From: an uncultured Ignavibacteriales bacterium
Lineage (GTDB): Bacteria; Bacteroidota; Ignavibacteria; Ignavibacteriales; Ignavibacteriaceae
DNA: 64,000 nt
Direction: 5' to 3'
NCBI GenBank assembly: GCA_963786395.1
Contig: CAWAZD010000014.1
Span: 129,730-193,729, forward strand
Shown: in pieces, positions 41,517 through 50,226 of the stretch
Layout of the letters: each line of letters begins with the position of its first letter
Numbering within the stretch: the stretch's first letter is position 1
The notes under the pieces: generated by a model
What the model was told of the DNA's origin: nothing
What the model saw: only the letters and a program-made list of their open reading frames with translations
Databases searched by the model: none
Program-made: the position numbers and the translations under genes

Positions 41517-42035
41517 ATGAGTTTAAAAGGTAAAAAAATGGCATTCTTTGTGGAAAAACAATACGAAGATCTTGAATTCTGGTATCCATATATACGTATG
41601 AAAGAAGAAAATGCAGAAGTTGTAATAATTGCACCCAAGGTAGATATCTATAAAGGTAAAAATGGTCTTGAGGTTAAATCGGATCTTTCTATCATGGGAG
41701 TAAGCCCCGATGAATTTAATGCTTTAATAATACCGGGCGGATTTGCCCCTGACTTTATGAGACGTTCACCGGAAATGATTCAATTTGTCCGCGAAATGAA
41801 TAGATACAATAAATGGATCGCGGCTATTTGTCACGCCCCCTGGATGCTTGCATCGGCTGGTATTATAAGAGGCAAAAGAATAACAAGTTTCCCCTCAATT
41901 AAAGACGATATGGTTAATGCGGGTGCCGAATGGGTTGATCAGGAAGTGGTGCAGGATGGAAGAATAATTACTTCACGCAATCCCCATGATCTGCCAGCCT
42001 TTTGTAAAAAAATAATTGCCTGCATTACTCAGTAA
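41517..42035 (+). CDS. DJ-1/PfpI-family protein
   Basis: Nucleophile-elbow AAICHAPWML. The length is typical. An SD sequence lies upstream. Confidence 0.85.
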   Translation: MSLKGKKMAFFVEKQYEDLEFWYPYIRMKEENAEVVIIAPKVDIYKGKNGLEVKSDLSIMGVSPDEFNALIIPGGFAPDFMRRSPEMIQFVREMNRYNKWIAAICHAPWMLASAGIIRGKRITSFPSIKDDMVNAGAEWVDQEVVQDGRIITSRNPHDLPAFCKKIIACITQ

Positions 42036-42070
42036 TATTTTAATTGTTCAATAAAAACGAGGTTAAATTT

Positions 42071-43648
42071 ATGGGTCAAAATGAGTTTACGGTTGGCAAA
42101 GTAGATCTTTTGAGTAACGGAGGAATGAAATCTTTTGAATTAAAAGGGAATAAAATTCTCCTTTATCGTATAGACGACAAATATTACGCTACAAGTGTAG
42201 TGTGTACTCATTATGGCGGTCCGCTTGAAGAAGGTTTTCTTGATGGTGAAACAATAGTATGCCCCTGGCACCAATCCTGTTTTAATATTAAAAATGGAAA
42301 CCTTAAAGAACCTCCCGCCTTCGATCCGTTACCAATTTATGAAGTGTTTGTGAAAGGAAAGGATGTTATTGTAAAAATACCGGAACAGATTGAAAGTCCC
42401 TCAATCGTTAATCATAACACCGGTCCGGCAGATAACAGGAAGTTTGTTATCGTAGGTGGGGGAGCTGCTGGTTGTACTGCTGCTATTACACTTAGGGAGA
42501 AAGGATTTAAAGGAATAATTGAAATTATTACCGCAGAAAATCGTACACCATACGACCGCCCTAATCTCAGTAAAGATTTTCTTGATGGTAATGGAAAACC
42601 GGAATGGATGCCTCTGAGATCTAATGATTTCTATAAAAGGAATGAAATTGAATTTCTGTTTAATAAAGAAGTTATTGAACTTGATACTTTTCGCCGTGAG
42701 TTGTTTCTTAAAGATGGTGATATAATAAATTATGATAAACTTCTTATAGCTTCCGGCGGCATACCAAATAAATTAAATATTCCCGGGAGTAAGCTTAAAA
42801 ATATTTTTTATTTAAGAAGTTATGATGATTGCAATAAAATTATAGAGGCTGCTAAGTCAGCAAAAAATATAACTGTAATTGGCGGCAGCTTTATTGGATT
42901 GGAATCAGCCTTTAGTCTTAAATCCAGAACCAACCTTCCTGTAACTGTAATATTTCCTCAGGAAATTCCGTTTGAAAAAGTTTTTGGTAATGAGATTGGT
43001 AATCTTATTTTAGCTGTCCAAAAACAGGGAGGTATTGAATTTTTAACCGGTTCCAAACCGTCATCGTTTCAGGGTAATGGCTCTGTAGATAAAATAATCC
43101 TTGAAAACGGAACTGAATTAAAAACAGACCTTGTCGTAATTGGAATCGGAGTCAGCCCAGCTACAAGTTTTATAAAAGATATACCATTGGAAAAAGATGG
43201 AAGTCTCAAAACAGATACTTATCTCGAAGTAAAAGATTCTGTTTTTGCTGCGGGTGATATCGCTTCATTTCCTTATCCGGTTACCGGAAAAATTACAAGA
43301 ATAGAACATTGGAGAACTGCACTGCAGCAGGGCAGAATCGCTGCACAAAATATCCTTGGGTTAAAAGTTCCTTATGAAGAAATACCTTTCTTCTGGTCAA
43401 AGCAGGGACAATTAAATCTTGTTTATGTCGGTCATAGTAATGGCTGGGATGAGATTATCTATGATGGAAATGTTTCTGTTGATGATATGAGTTTTATTGC
43501 CTATTACGTAAGTAATCATAAAATTTCGGCAGCCGTGGGAAATTACCGTGATAAGGAGATGGCAGAAATAAATCATCTGATGAAGACAGATAAACTTCCC
43601 GAACCCGATAAACTCAAGTCATTTCTCAAGAAGAAATACCATTTATAG
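42071..43648 (+). CDS. Rieske [2Fe-2S] domain fused to an FAD/NAD(P) pyridine-nucleotide-disulfide oxidoreductase
   Basis: Rieske motifs CTHYGGPL and CPWHQSCF. The FAD-binding motif is VIVGGGAAGCTAA. The ATG at 42071 is preceded by GAGGT; the ORF-track start at 42044 is a TTG. Confidence 0.8.
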   Translation: MGQNEFTVGKVDLLSNGGMKSFELKGNKILLYRIDDKYYATSVVCTHYGGPLEEGFLDGETIVCPWHQSCFNIKNGNLKEPPAFDPLPIYEVFVKGKDVIVKIPEQIESPSIVNHNTGPADNRKFVIVGGGAAGCTAAITLREKGFKGIIEIITAENRTPYDRPNLSKDFLDGNGKPEWMPLRSNDFYKRNEIEFLFNKEVIELDTFRRELFLKDGDIINYDKLLIASGGIPNKLNIPGSKLKNIFYLRSYDDCNKIIEAAKSAKNITVIGGSFIGLESAFSLKSRTNLPVTVIFPQEIPFEKVFGNEIGNLILAVQKQGGIEFLTGSKPSSFQGNGSVDKIILENGTELKTDLVVIGIGVSPATSFIKDIPLEKDGSLKTDTYLEVKDSVFAAGDIASFPYPVTGKITRIEHWRTALQQGRIAAQNILGLKVPYEEIPFFWSKQGQLNLVYVGHSNGWDEIIYDGNVSVDDMSFIAYYVSNHKISAAVGNYRDKEMAEINHLMKTDKLPEPDKLKSFLKKKYHL

Positions 43649-43801
43649 ACCAGGCATTTAGAGCCTGTGTGAAAATCTAAAATTGTCATTCCCGCGAAGG
43701 CGGGAATCCATAAAATCATTTGAAATTAAAGAAATTTCAAATATGAAATTCTTAACCAGATGATAAATTCAGAATATTCACACAGCCTCTTTATGCCTGG
43801 G
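43649..43801. mobile_element. MITE copy B (core 43661..43789), inverted relative to copy A, TTTA duplication, in the loop of palindrome A
   Basis: CCAGGCA-TTTA-GAGCCTGTGTGAA ... TTCACACAGCCTC-TTTA-TGCCTGGG. The core is the exact reverse complement of 6592..6720 (129 of 129 by manual comparison). Confidence 0.8.
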
Positions 43802-43911
43802 AATAGTTGATAAAAATATATATGCTATTCCCCCTTATTAAAGGGGGATAAAGGGGGTTGTTTTTCCTCTTGCCATCCCTGCAAATGCAGAGCTCCGAGG
43901 TTAAAATATCT

Positions 43912-44343
43912 CTATTGCTTTAATTTGGCAGTTAGAACGATTTCTTTAACGTTCAGGGCTCTAGCAATAGGGCAATTTGCTTTTGTCTCGACGGCATATT
44001 TCTGAAAAGCTTCGTTATCAATACCGGGAACATCGGCTAAAGTGTTTAATTCAATTTTAGTTACAGTAAATCCCTGTTCAAGTTTTTCAATGTGAACTTT
44101 ATCTTCGGTAAAAATGGAATTGACCTTAAAACCGGCACCGGATAATGAAGCGGCTAGAGCCATAGAATAGCAGGCTGAATGGGCAGCGCCTAATAATTCT
44201 TCAGGGTTGGTTTGAATTCCATTTTCAAAACGGGACACAAAATTATAAGCAGTGTTCGTAAGAGCTCCGGATTCTGAGTTGATAGATCCGAAACCTTCTT
44301 TGAGATTCCCCTTCCATGTTGCATTGGCTTTTCTTATTGGCAT
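43912..44343 (-). CDS. osmC: OsmC-family peroxiredoxin
   Basis: ATWKGNLKEG ... NPEELLGAAHSACYSMAL ... CPI, the pattern of OsmC. Confidence 0.85.
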   Translation of the reverse strand: MPIRKANATWKGNLKEGFGSINSESGALTNTAYNFVSRFENGIQTNPEELLGAAHSACYSMALAASLSGAGFKVNSIFTEDKVHIEKLEQGFTVTKIELNTLADVPGIDNEAFQKYAVETKANCPIARALNVKEIVLTAKLKQ

Positions 44344-44472
44344 AATGAATTCCTTTTTATGTGAAATTATATTGTTTATGTACCAATTTAATTATTTCTA
44401 ATAATCTCAAATGTGATATGCGTGATTAAGGACAATAAACAGAAATTAAAAGGATAGATTTCATAGAATTAA

Positions 44473-44499
44473 GGGGATCCCCGCTATCGCGGGGATGAC
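44473..44499. repeat. Palindromic repeat module E
   Basis: GGGGATCCCCGCTATCGCGGGGATGAC. Confidence 0.75.
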
Positions 44500-44515
44500 A
44501 ATAGTATTAAGGGGG

Positions 44516-45340
44516 TTATAATGCCAGAGTTTCTAATTCCACTTTTTGTACATCTGTAATCGGTTTTCCGAGAAACAGTTCTGCTACTTCCTTAAACTTC
44601 ATCGGAATGTCACTCACATAAAAAGAAAGATTCCCCATAGCAAAATTATTCGTATGAAGATCAAATCTGTCAAGCTCTACCTTTACAGACTCCGCTGCTG
44701 CTATTCCTGAATCAATTAATTTTACACCAGAACCTAAAATCTCCTGAATTACTTCCGCTAGAATTGGATAATGGGTACATCCAAGTACAAGTGTGTCAAT
44801 TTCAACTTTCTTCAGGTCTTTTAAATATTCTTCAGCAATCTCAAAAGTTGCCTTATGCTTTATCCATCCTTCCTCGGCAAGGGGGACAAATAATGGACAA
44901 GCCTTTTCAAAAACTTTTATTGCCGGGTCTAGTTTTTTAATTGCATTTGAATATGCCTGGTTACTTACTGTAGCCCTGGTTCCTATTACTCCAACTCTCT
45001 TGTTCTTTGTTTCAAGACAAGCCATTTTTGCCCCTGGTTCAATCATTCCGATTATCGGCACATTATAAATGTTTTTAAGATTCTGCAGGGCAACTGATGA
45101 TACAGTATTACAAGCTACTACAAGTGCCTTCACATTTTTATGCATTAAGAACTTTGCGTCTTGTAAACCATATTCAATTACTGTGTCATTTGATTTAGAT
45201 CCGTAAGGAACTCGCGCTGTGTCGCCGAAATAAACAATATTCTCCTCCGGTAGAAAAGAAGCTATCCTCTTAACTACTGTTAATCCACCGATTCCAGAAT
45301 CAAATACACCTATCGGCTGTTCCTTTTCCATGAAGTTCAA
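44516..45340 (-). CDS. murI: Glutamate racemase
   Basis: VFDSGIGGLTV, ACNT and GCTHYP motifs. Confidence 0.9.
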   Translation of the reverse strand: MNFMEKEQPIGVFDSGIGGLTVVKRIASFLPEENIVYFGDTARVPYGSKSNDTVIEYGLQDAKFLMHKNVKALVVACNTVSSVALQNLKNIYNVPIIGMIEPGAKMACLETKNKRVGVIGTRATVSNQAYSNAIKKLDPAIKVFEKACPLFVPLAEEGWIKHKATFEIAEEYLKDLKKVEIDTLVLGCTHYPILAEVIQEILGSGVKLIDSGIAAAESVKVELDRFDLHTNNFAMGNLSFYVSDIPMKFKEVAELFLGKPITDVQKVELETLAL

Positions 45341-45352
45341 TTTAATACCCTT

Positions 45353-47923
45353 TTATAATAATTGTGTTATAGTGTCGGTCAATTCTGTTTTTATCAACTC
45401 ATAGTCATAAGTCGATACTTTTTTCCCGCTCCGTTCCAGTACGTAAAATGAGTCAACTATGTCATCACCCGTTGTGGATATTTTCGCAAAATAAATTGAT
45501 AGTCCAAGTTCATTCATTTTGCTGGTAACCTGATATAAGAATCCTAATCTATCAGGAGAAAACACATCTATTATTGTGTATTTCTCGTGGTTCTCAAAAG
45601 CTATTTTTATTTTTCCTGTTCTCTTAAAGAATTTACTTTCAATCCTCCACCACTTATTCTTCATCTTGGTAAATTCCTGGTTCAACTGAAGCAGACCGGT
45701 AACAACCGAATTCAGATCTTCATCTATTTTCGAATACCGTTCCGGCTCAATTTTCCTACCCGTCCTGAAATCAGACACATTAAATGAATCTATTACTATC
45801 CCGTCCTTGCGTGTAAATATTTTTGCGTCATGTATGTTGGCATCATTAATTGAAAGTACACCGCAAATTTTCGAAAGGAGAGAAGGGAAATCTTTTGTAA
45901 TTACCGTAATGTTTGTAAAATCATTTAACTCTTTGAATAGTGTTGAAACTGTTACACCCTTCTGGATTTCTTCAATATGCCGCGCTATTTCTTCATCGGT
46001 AAAATGATGTGTATAGGCAATATCGTTAATAGACTCAATGTGTTCCCTTACATTCAATTCCGAAATTGATGGCGAATGCCTGCTGATTTTATTGGGAATT
46101 ACATATGTACTTGAGATTAAAAGGTCCTCTCCGCTTATCTGTTCATTTAACATCGCGCTTGTTTTACGATATAGCTCAGATAACAGATCGCTCTTCCACG
46201 ATGTCCATATAGCAGGATTAACCGCTGACAGGTCAGCATAGGTTACTAAATATAAAAGATCAAGATCATGTAATGAGTTGAAATGCGAAGTAAAATTATT
46301 AAGAGTTTCCGGATCGGCAAGGTTTCTTCTGAATGCAACCTGCTCCATTAACAAGTGGCTCCTTACTAGGAAAGATACTTTTTCAACTTCTTCTTCGCTG
46401 TACCCGAGCCTGAACATAATTGATGATGCCATCTCTGCACCAATAATTTCATGTCCGGATATATTTATCGGCTTTGCAATATCGTGGAAAAGCAAAGCAA
46501 GAAATAAAATCTCCCTGTCTTTCAATCCTTTGAATATTTTTCCGAGATTAGTATTATCCTTTTCGAGTTTCTCCGCGTTAGCTATTGATGTAAGCGTATG
46601 TTCGTCTGCTGTATATTGATGATAAACACCATGCTGCAGGAATCCATTAAGGTCTTTAAACTCAGGCATGAATGCTCCCAGTACTCCTAATTCGTTCATA
46701 GCCGAAAGCGTTTGACCCACATTTCTTGGAAGCCGCAGGATTTCCCTGAAAAACACAGACGATTCGGTATTGTTAACCCGCATCTCGTCTTCTTTATCTA
46801 CCGTATCAATTGCAATGGATCTTAATTTGTCATCAAAAGGTGCGTTGTTAGATCCCCGGTAATAGAATGCCCTCAATATATCAGAAAGTTTCAGTTCTCT
46901 GTTAGAATTTAATGAAAGCTTTTTACCCTTAAGAACAAAATCCTCGTCCAATTCAATTGCCAGAACTTCAGGCACCGGGTTGGAAATTTCCTCAAGGAAT
47001 TTCTTTACGATAGATTTATTAAATCTGTATATAATATTCGCCGCTTCAAAATAATCTTTCATGAACAACGCAATTGCATCTTTCTTGTTATAGAATAAAT
47101 GAGCTACCTTCTGTTGAAGGACAAATTCAAAACGGTCAATCTTTTGTCCTGATTGAAGATGCAGCAGGTTCCTTACTATTAAAAGTAGTTTATAACTATT
47201 GAATAACTTCCTGCATTCGGAAGGGGTTGAGTAATCTTTCTCAAGCATCATCTCAACAAATGCTTCCGATTGCACTATTTCGTTCTGTTTATTTAATAGT
47301 TCTTTATTCTTAAGAACATACATCCACTCAATTGCCTGGAAATCCCTAAGTCCGCCGGCTGATAATTTTACATTCGGCTCAAGTGTTTTAGGTGAATGAC
47401 CATATTTTTCATACCTTTCTTCAATGTCGTTTACAAAATCATATAACAGATTCTTTTGCACTTCTTCTGTTAATGAAGCAAGCAGAAGCTCATTCCAATT
47501 GTTATATATTTTTTCTGAACCTAAGATTAACCTTGTTTCAAAAAATTGTGTGAAGGTATGAAGATCTTCTTTTAAATACTTTGAAATATCCCCGAAATCC
47601 CGAACCGTATGAGAAACCTCTATTCCATTGTCCCAAAGAGATGTAACCAATTCTGAAATTTCTTTTTCAAATCCAGTTACAGAATCAGTTATAAATATTA
47701 TATCAATATCTGAAAAAGGCGCAAGTTCCCTTCGGCTGAAACTTCCTGCTGATGCTATTGCAAAGCCCGGTTTCTTATCGTTAGTTAATAACCTAATCTG
47801 ATCTTCAACCAGAAGACTGTATAACATGCTGAAATCAATTGATTCAACATTTTTTTCATAATCAAGGAACAGTTGGTTCCTCTTTTTCAGGAAATCTTTT
47901 TTTCTGTTTGAAGTAAGAGGCAT
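45353..47923 (-). CDS. glnD: [Protein-PII] uridylyltransferase / uridylyl-removing enzyme
   Basis: Nucleotidyltransferase motif GSFSRRELAPFSDIDIIF, HD domain (LLFHDIAKP) and two C-terminal ACT-like domains. Confidence 0.8.
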   Translation of the reverse strand: MPLTSNRKKDFLKKRNQLFLDYEKNVESIDFSMLYSLLVEDQIRLLTNDKKPGFAIASAGSFSRRELAPFSDIDIIFITDSVTGFEKEISELVTSLWDNGIEVSHTVRDFGDISKYLKEDLHTFTQFFETRLILGSEKIYNNWNELLLASLTEEVQKNLLYDFVNDIEERYEKYGHSPKTLEPNVKLSAGGLRDFQAIEWMYVLKNKELLNKQNEIVQSEAFVEMMLEKDYSTPSECRKLFNSYKLLLIVRNLLHLQSGQKIDRFEFVLQQKVAHLFYNKKDAIALFMKDYFEAANIIYRFNKSIVKKFLEEISNPVPEVLAIELDEDFVLKGKKLSLNSNRELKLSDILRAFYYRGSNNAPFDDKLRSIAIDTVDKEDEMRVNNTESSVFFREILRLPRNVGQTLSAMNELGVLGAFMPEFKDLNGFLQHGVYHQYTADEHTLTSIANAEKLEKDNTNLGKIFKGLKDREILFLALLFHDIAKPINISGHEIIGAEMASSIMFRLGYSEEEVEKVSFLVRSHLLMEQVAFRRNLADPETLNNFTSHFNSLHDLDLLYLVTYADLSAVNPAIWTSWKSDLLSELYRKTSAMLNEQISGEDLLISSTYVIPNKISRHSPSISELNVREHIESINDIAYTHHFTDEEIARHIEEIQKGVTVSTLFKELNDFTNITVITKDFPSLLSKICGVLSINDANIHDAKIFTRKDGIVIDSFNVSDFRTGRKIEPERYSKIDEDLNSVVTGLLQLNQEFTKMKNKWWRIESKFFKRTGKIKIAFENHEKYTIIDVFSPDRLGFLYQVTSKMNELGLSIYFAKISTTGDDIVDSFYVLERSGKKVSTYDYELIKTELTDTITQLL

Positions 47924-47938
47924 TTTATATTACTATGG

Positions 47939-48316
47939 TTAATTTAAAATTCCGCCCTCAAATCCTTCTTTCTCATATTCAGCTTCAACAGTAGAAGATA
48001 TCCCGCCGCGGGTATTAAATTCAGCTGTTATTCTCATATATCTTGGTTCGCAGGCTTCTACAAGGTCGTCCAGTATCTTGTTGGTTACACTTTCAAAATA
48101 AATACCATCATTCCTGAATGAATGGAAATAGAGTTTAAGTGATTTAAGTTCAATACATAATTTATCCGGAATATATTCAACAATCATGGTTGCGAAATCA
48201 GGCTGACCCGTCTTCGGGCACAACGAAGTAAATTCCGGTGCTTTATGTGTTACAACATATTCTCTTCCGGGGTAAGCGTTTTCAAACACTTCAATTATTT
48301 TGATTTTATCGTTCAT
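47939..48316 (-). CDS. queF: NADPH-dependent 7-cyano-7-deazaguanine reductase
   Basis: [15 protein letters not shown] and the QueF motif region. Confidence 0.9.
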   Translation of the reverse strand: MNDKIKIIEVFENAYPGREYVVTHKAPEFTSLCPKTGQPDFATMIVEYIPDKLCIELKSLKLYFHSFRNDGIYFESVTNKILDDLVEACEPRYMRITAEFNTRGGISSTVEAEYEKEGFEGGILN

Positions 48317-48325
48317 CTTTTTCCT

Positions 48326-49012
48326 TTATTTATAGAGTGGTCTTGATTTATATTTTATCGGATCCTCAATTCCCGCCTGTTGGAATCCTCTTAATCTTAA
48401 TGCACAACTGTCACAAACTCCGCATGCCTCTTCTTCTTCCTGGTAACATGACCAGGTTAAATGTAGCGGTGCATTCAGCTCTTTTCCTTTTAACACAATT
48501 TCCTTTTTGGAAAAATTAATTATTGGAGTAACTATTTTAACTTTAGTTTCCGGTTTTGTTCCAAGGTCTGCCATTTTTTCAAATGCTGAAAAGAACTCCG
48601 GACGGCAGTCCGGATAACCGGAAGAATCTTCATATACTGCACCGACAAATATCGCGTCTGCCTTAATAACTTCTCCCCAGCTCATACATGCTGCAAGAAT
48701 ATTTGCATTCCTGAAGGGTACGTATGAATCCGGTATTGTTTCGCTTTTTAGGTTTGCTTCTTTTACCCTGATATTTTTATCGGTTAATGAGGAACCCCCG
48801 ATCTTTGCCAAATGTGAAAAATCGATAACCAGTCTGTTGTCAACTTTGTAATAATCTGCAATATCCATGAAGGATTTTAACTCTCTTTTCTCCGTTCTTT
48901 GCCCATAATTTGAGTGGAATAATGCCAGTTCATATTCCTGACCGGCAATTGCAGCTGTAACGCAGCTGTCCATTCCTCCACTTAATGCTACTATCGCAAT
49001 TTTCTTTGACAT
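48326..49012 (-). CDS. queC: 7-cyano-7-deazaguanine synthase
   Basis: LSGGMDSCV PP-loop and the C-terminal Cys cluster CGVCDSCALR. Confidence 0.9.
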   Translation of the reverse strand: MSKKIAIVALSGGMDSCVTAAIAGQEYELALFHSNYGQRTEKRELKSFMDIADYYKVDNRLVIDFSHLAKIGGSSLTDKNIRVKEANLKSETIPDSYVPFRNANILAACMSWGEVIKADAIFVGAVYEDSSGYPDCRPEFFSAFEKMADLGTKPETKVKIVTPIINFSKKEIVLKGKELNAPLHLTWSCYQEEEEACGVCDSCALRLRGFQQAGIEDPIKYKSRPLYK

Positions 49013-49164
49013 TTACTCTATTATCTGGTTTTTTGAATATTTAAACTTTACTAATATAGAAAAATCCCCTTTTACTTTGAAGGAAAAAGGAGGTAAGATT
49101 TTTATTGGCTAAGTAATATGTTAAATTTGATATATAATATTATTCTATTTATATAAGAGGAAAT

Positions 49165-49920
49165 ATGAGAAGAAAAGTAATTGCCGGTAACTGGAAAATG
49201 AATAACGATTTAAAGGAAACCCAAAATCTTATTACAAAATTGACCTCCGGCTTATCGGGTGAAACACTTAATTGTGATGTTATTGTTTGCCCTCCGTTTA
49301 CTTCTTTATCCGAAGCATATTCTCTGATTAAGGATACTAAGTTAAAACTTGGCGCTCAAAACATGTATTTTGAATCCTCCGGTGCTTTCACCGGTGAAAT
49401 TTCAGCCGAAATGCTTAAAAGTGTTGGATGCGAATATGTAATTTTAGGACACTCTGAAAGAAGAACTATTTTCGGCGAATCTGACCAGGTTATTAACAAA
49501 AAACTTAAAAAAGCCCTCCTTTCCGGCTTAAAACCAATATTTTGCGTTGGTGAGCTGCTTGAGGAAAGGGAAGCCTCTATTACTGAAAAAGTCATTGAAA
49601 GACAGGTTGTCGCAGGTTTAAATGACATTTCTGCCGAAGATATGTCCAAAATAATTATTGCTTATGAACCGGTCTGGGCTATAGGCACGGGAAAAACAGC
49701 TTCTCCTGAACAGGCTCAGGAAGTACATGAGTTTATCCGGAGTCTTGTTAAATCAAAATATGGCGAATCTGTCTCCGAAAATATTATAATACAGTATGGC
49801 GGCAGCGTTAAACCCGATAATGCCAAAGATCTCCTATCCAGAAAGGATATTGACGGAGCCCTCGTTGGTGGTGCTTGCTTAAAAGCAGACTCATTTATCG
49901 GTATTATTACAGCCGCTTAA
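49165..49920 (+). CDS. tpiA: Triosephosphate isomerase
   Basis: AGNWKMN, GHSERR and AYEPVWAIGTG. Confidence 0.95.
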   Translation: MRRKVIAGNWKMNNDLKETQNLITKLTSGLSGETLNCDVIVCPPFTSLSEAYSLIKDTKLKLGAQNMYFESSGAFTGEISAEMLKSVGCEYVILGHSERRTIFGESDQVINKKLKKALLSGLKPIFCVGELLEEREASITEKVIERQVVAGLNDISAEDMSKIIIAYEPVWAIGTGKTASPEQAQEVHEFIRSLVKSKYGESVSENIIIQYGGSVKPDNAKDLLSRKDIDGALVGGACLKADSFIGIITAA

Positions 49921-50017
49921 TTTTTAACCTGGGCATTTATGCCTAAGTTGTCGTTTCCTTTTTTGTTGGGGCGGGTCTCCCAACCCGCCCGATTCATTGT
50001 CATCCCATGAATATTTT

Positions 50018-50044
50018 GTCATCCCCGCGAAAGCGGGATCCCCT
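50018..50044. repeat. Palindromic repeat module E
   Basis: GTCATCCCCGCGAAAGCGGGATCCCC. A half-copy lies just upstream at 49998. Confidence 0.75.
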
Positions 50045-50226
50045 TAATCCATGTCTAACCAAAATTCGTTTTCGGGGGTGTCGGGGACTTTTTAGAGCTC
50101 ACCCCCTGATTTTGTCGTTTTTATGCGGTTCAAAAGCTTTTAGATTAGAAGATTTACATTGATTTCCCCCCCGTTTATACGTATATTTACGTCTTTCCGT
50201 CTATAATAAATAGGATAGTTTAGCGA

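Noticed and set aside
49013-49164. Possible preQ1 riboswitch upstream of queC
   Set aside because: I read the minus-strand leader for the preQ1-I hairpin plus A-rich tail consensus. I found only an AAAAAACCAGA stretch without the conserved stem, so the support is not enough to call it.
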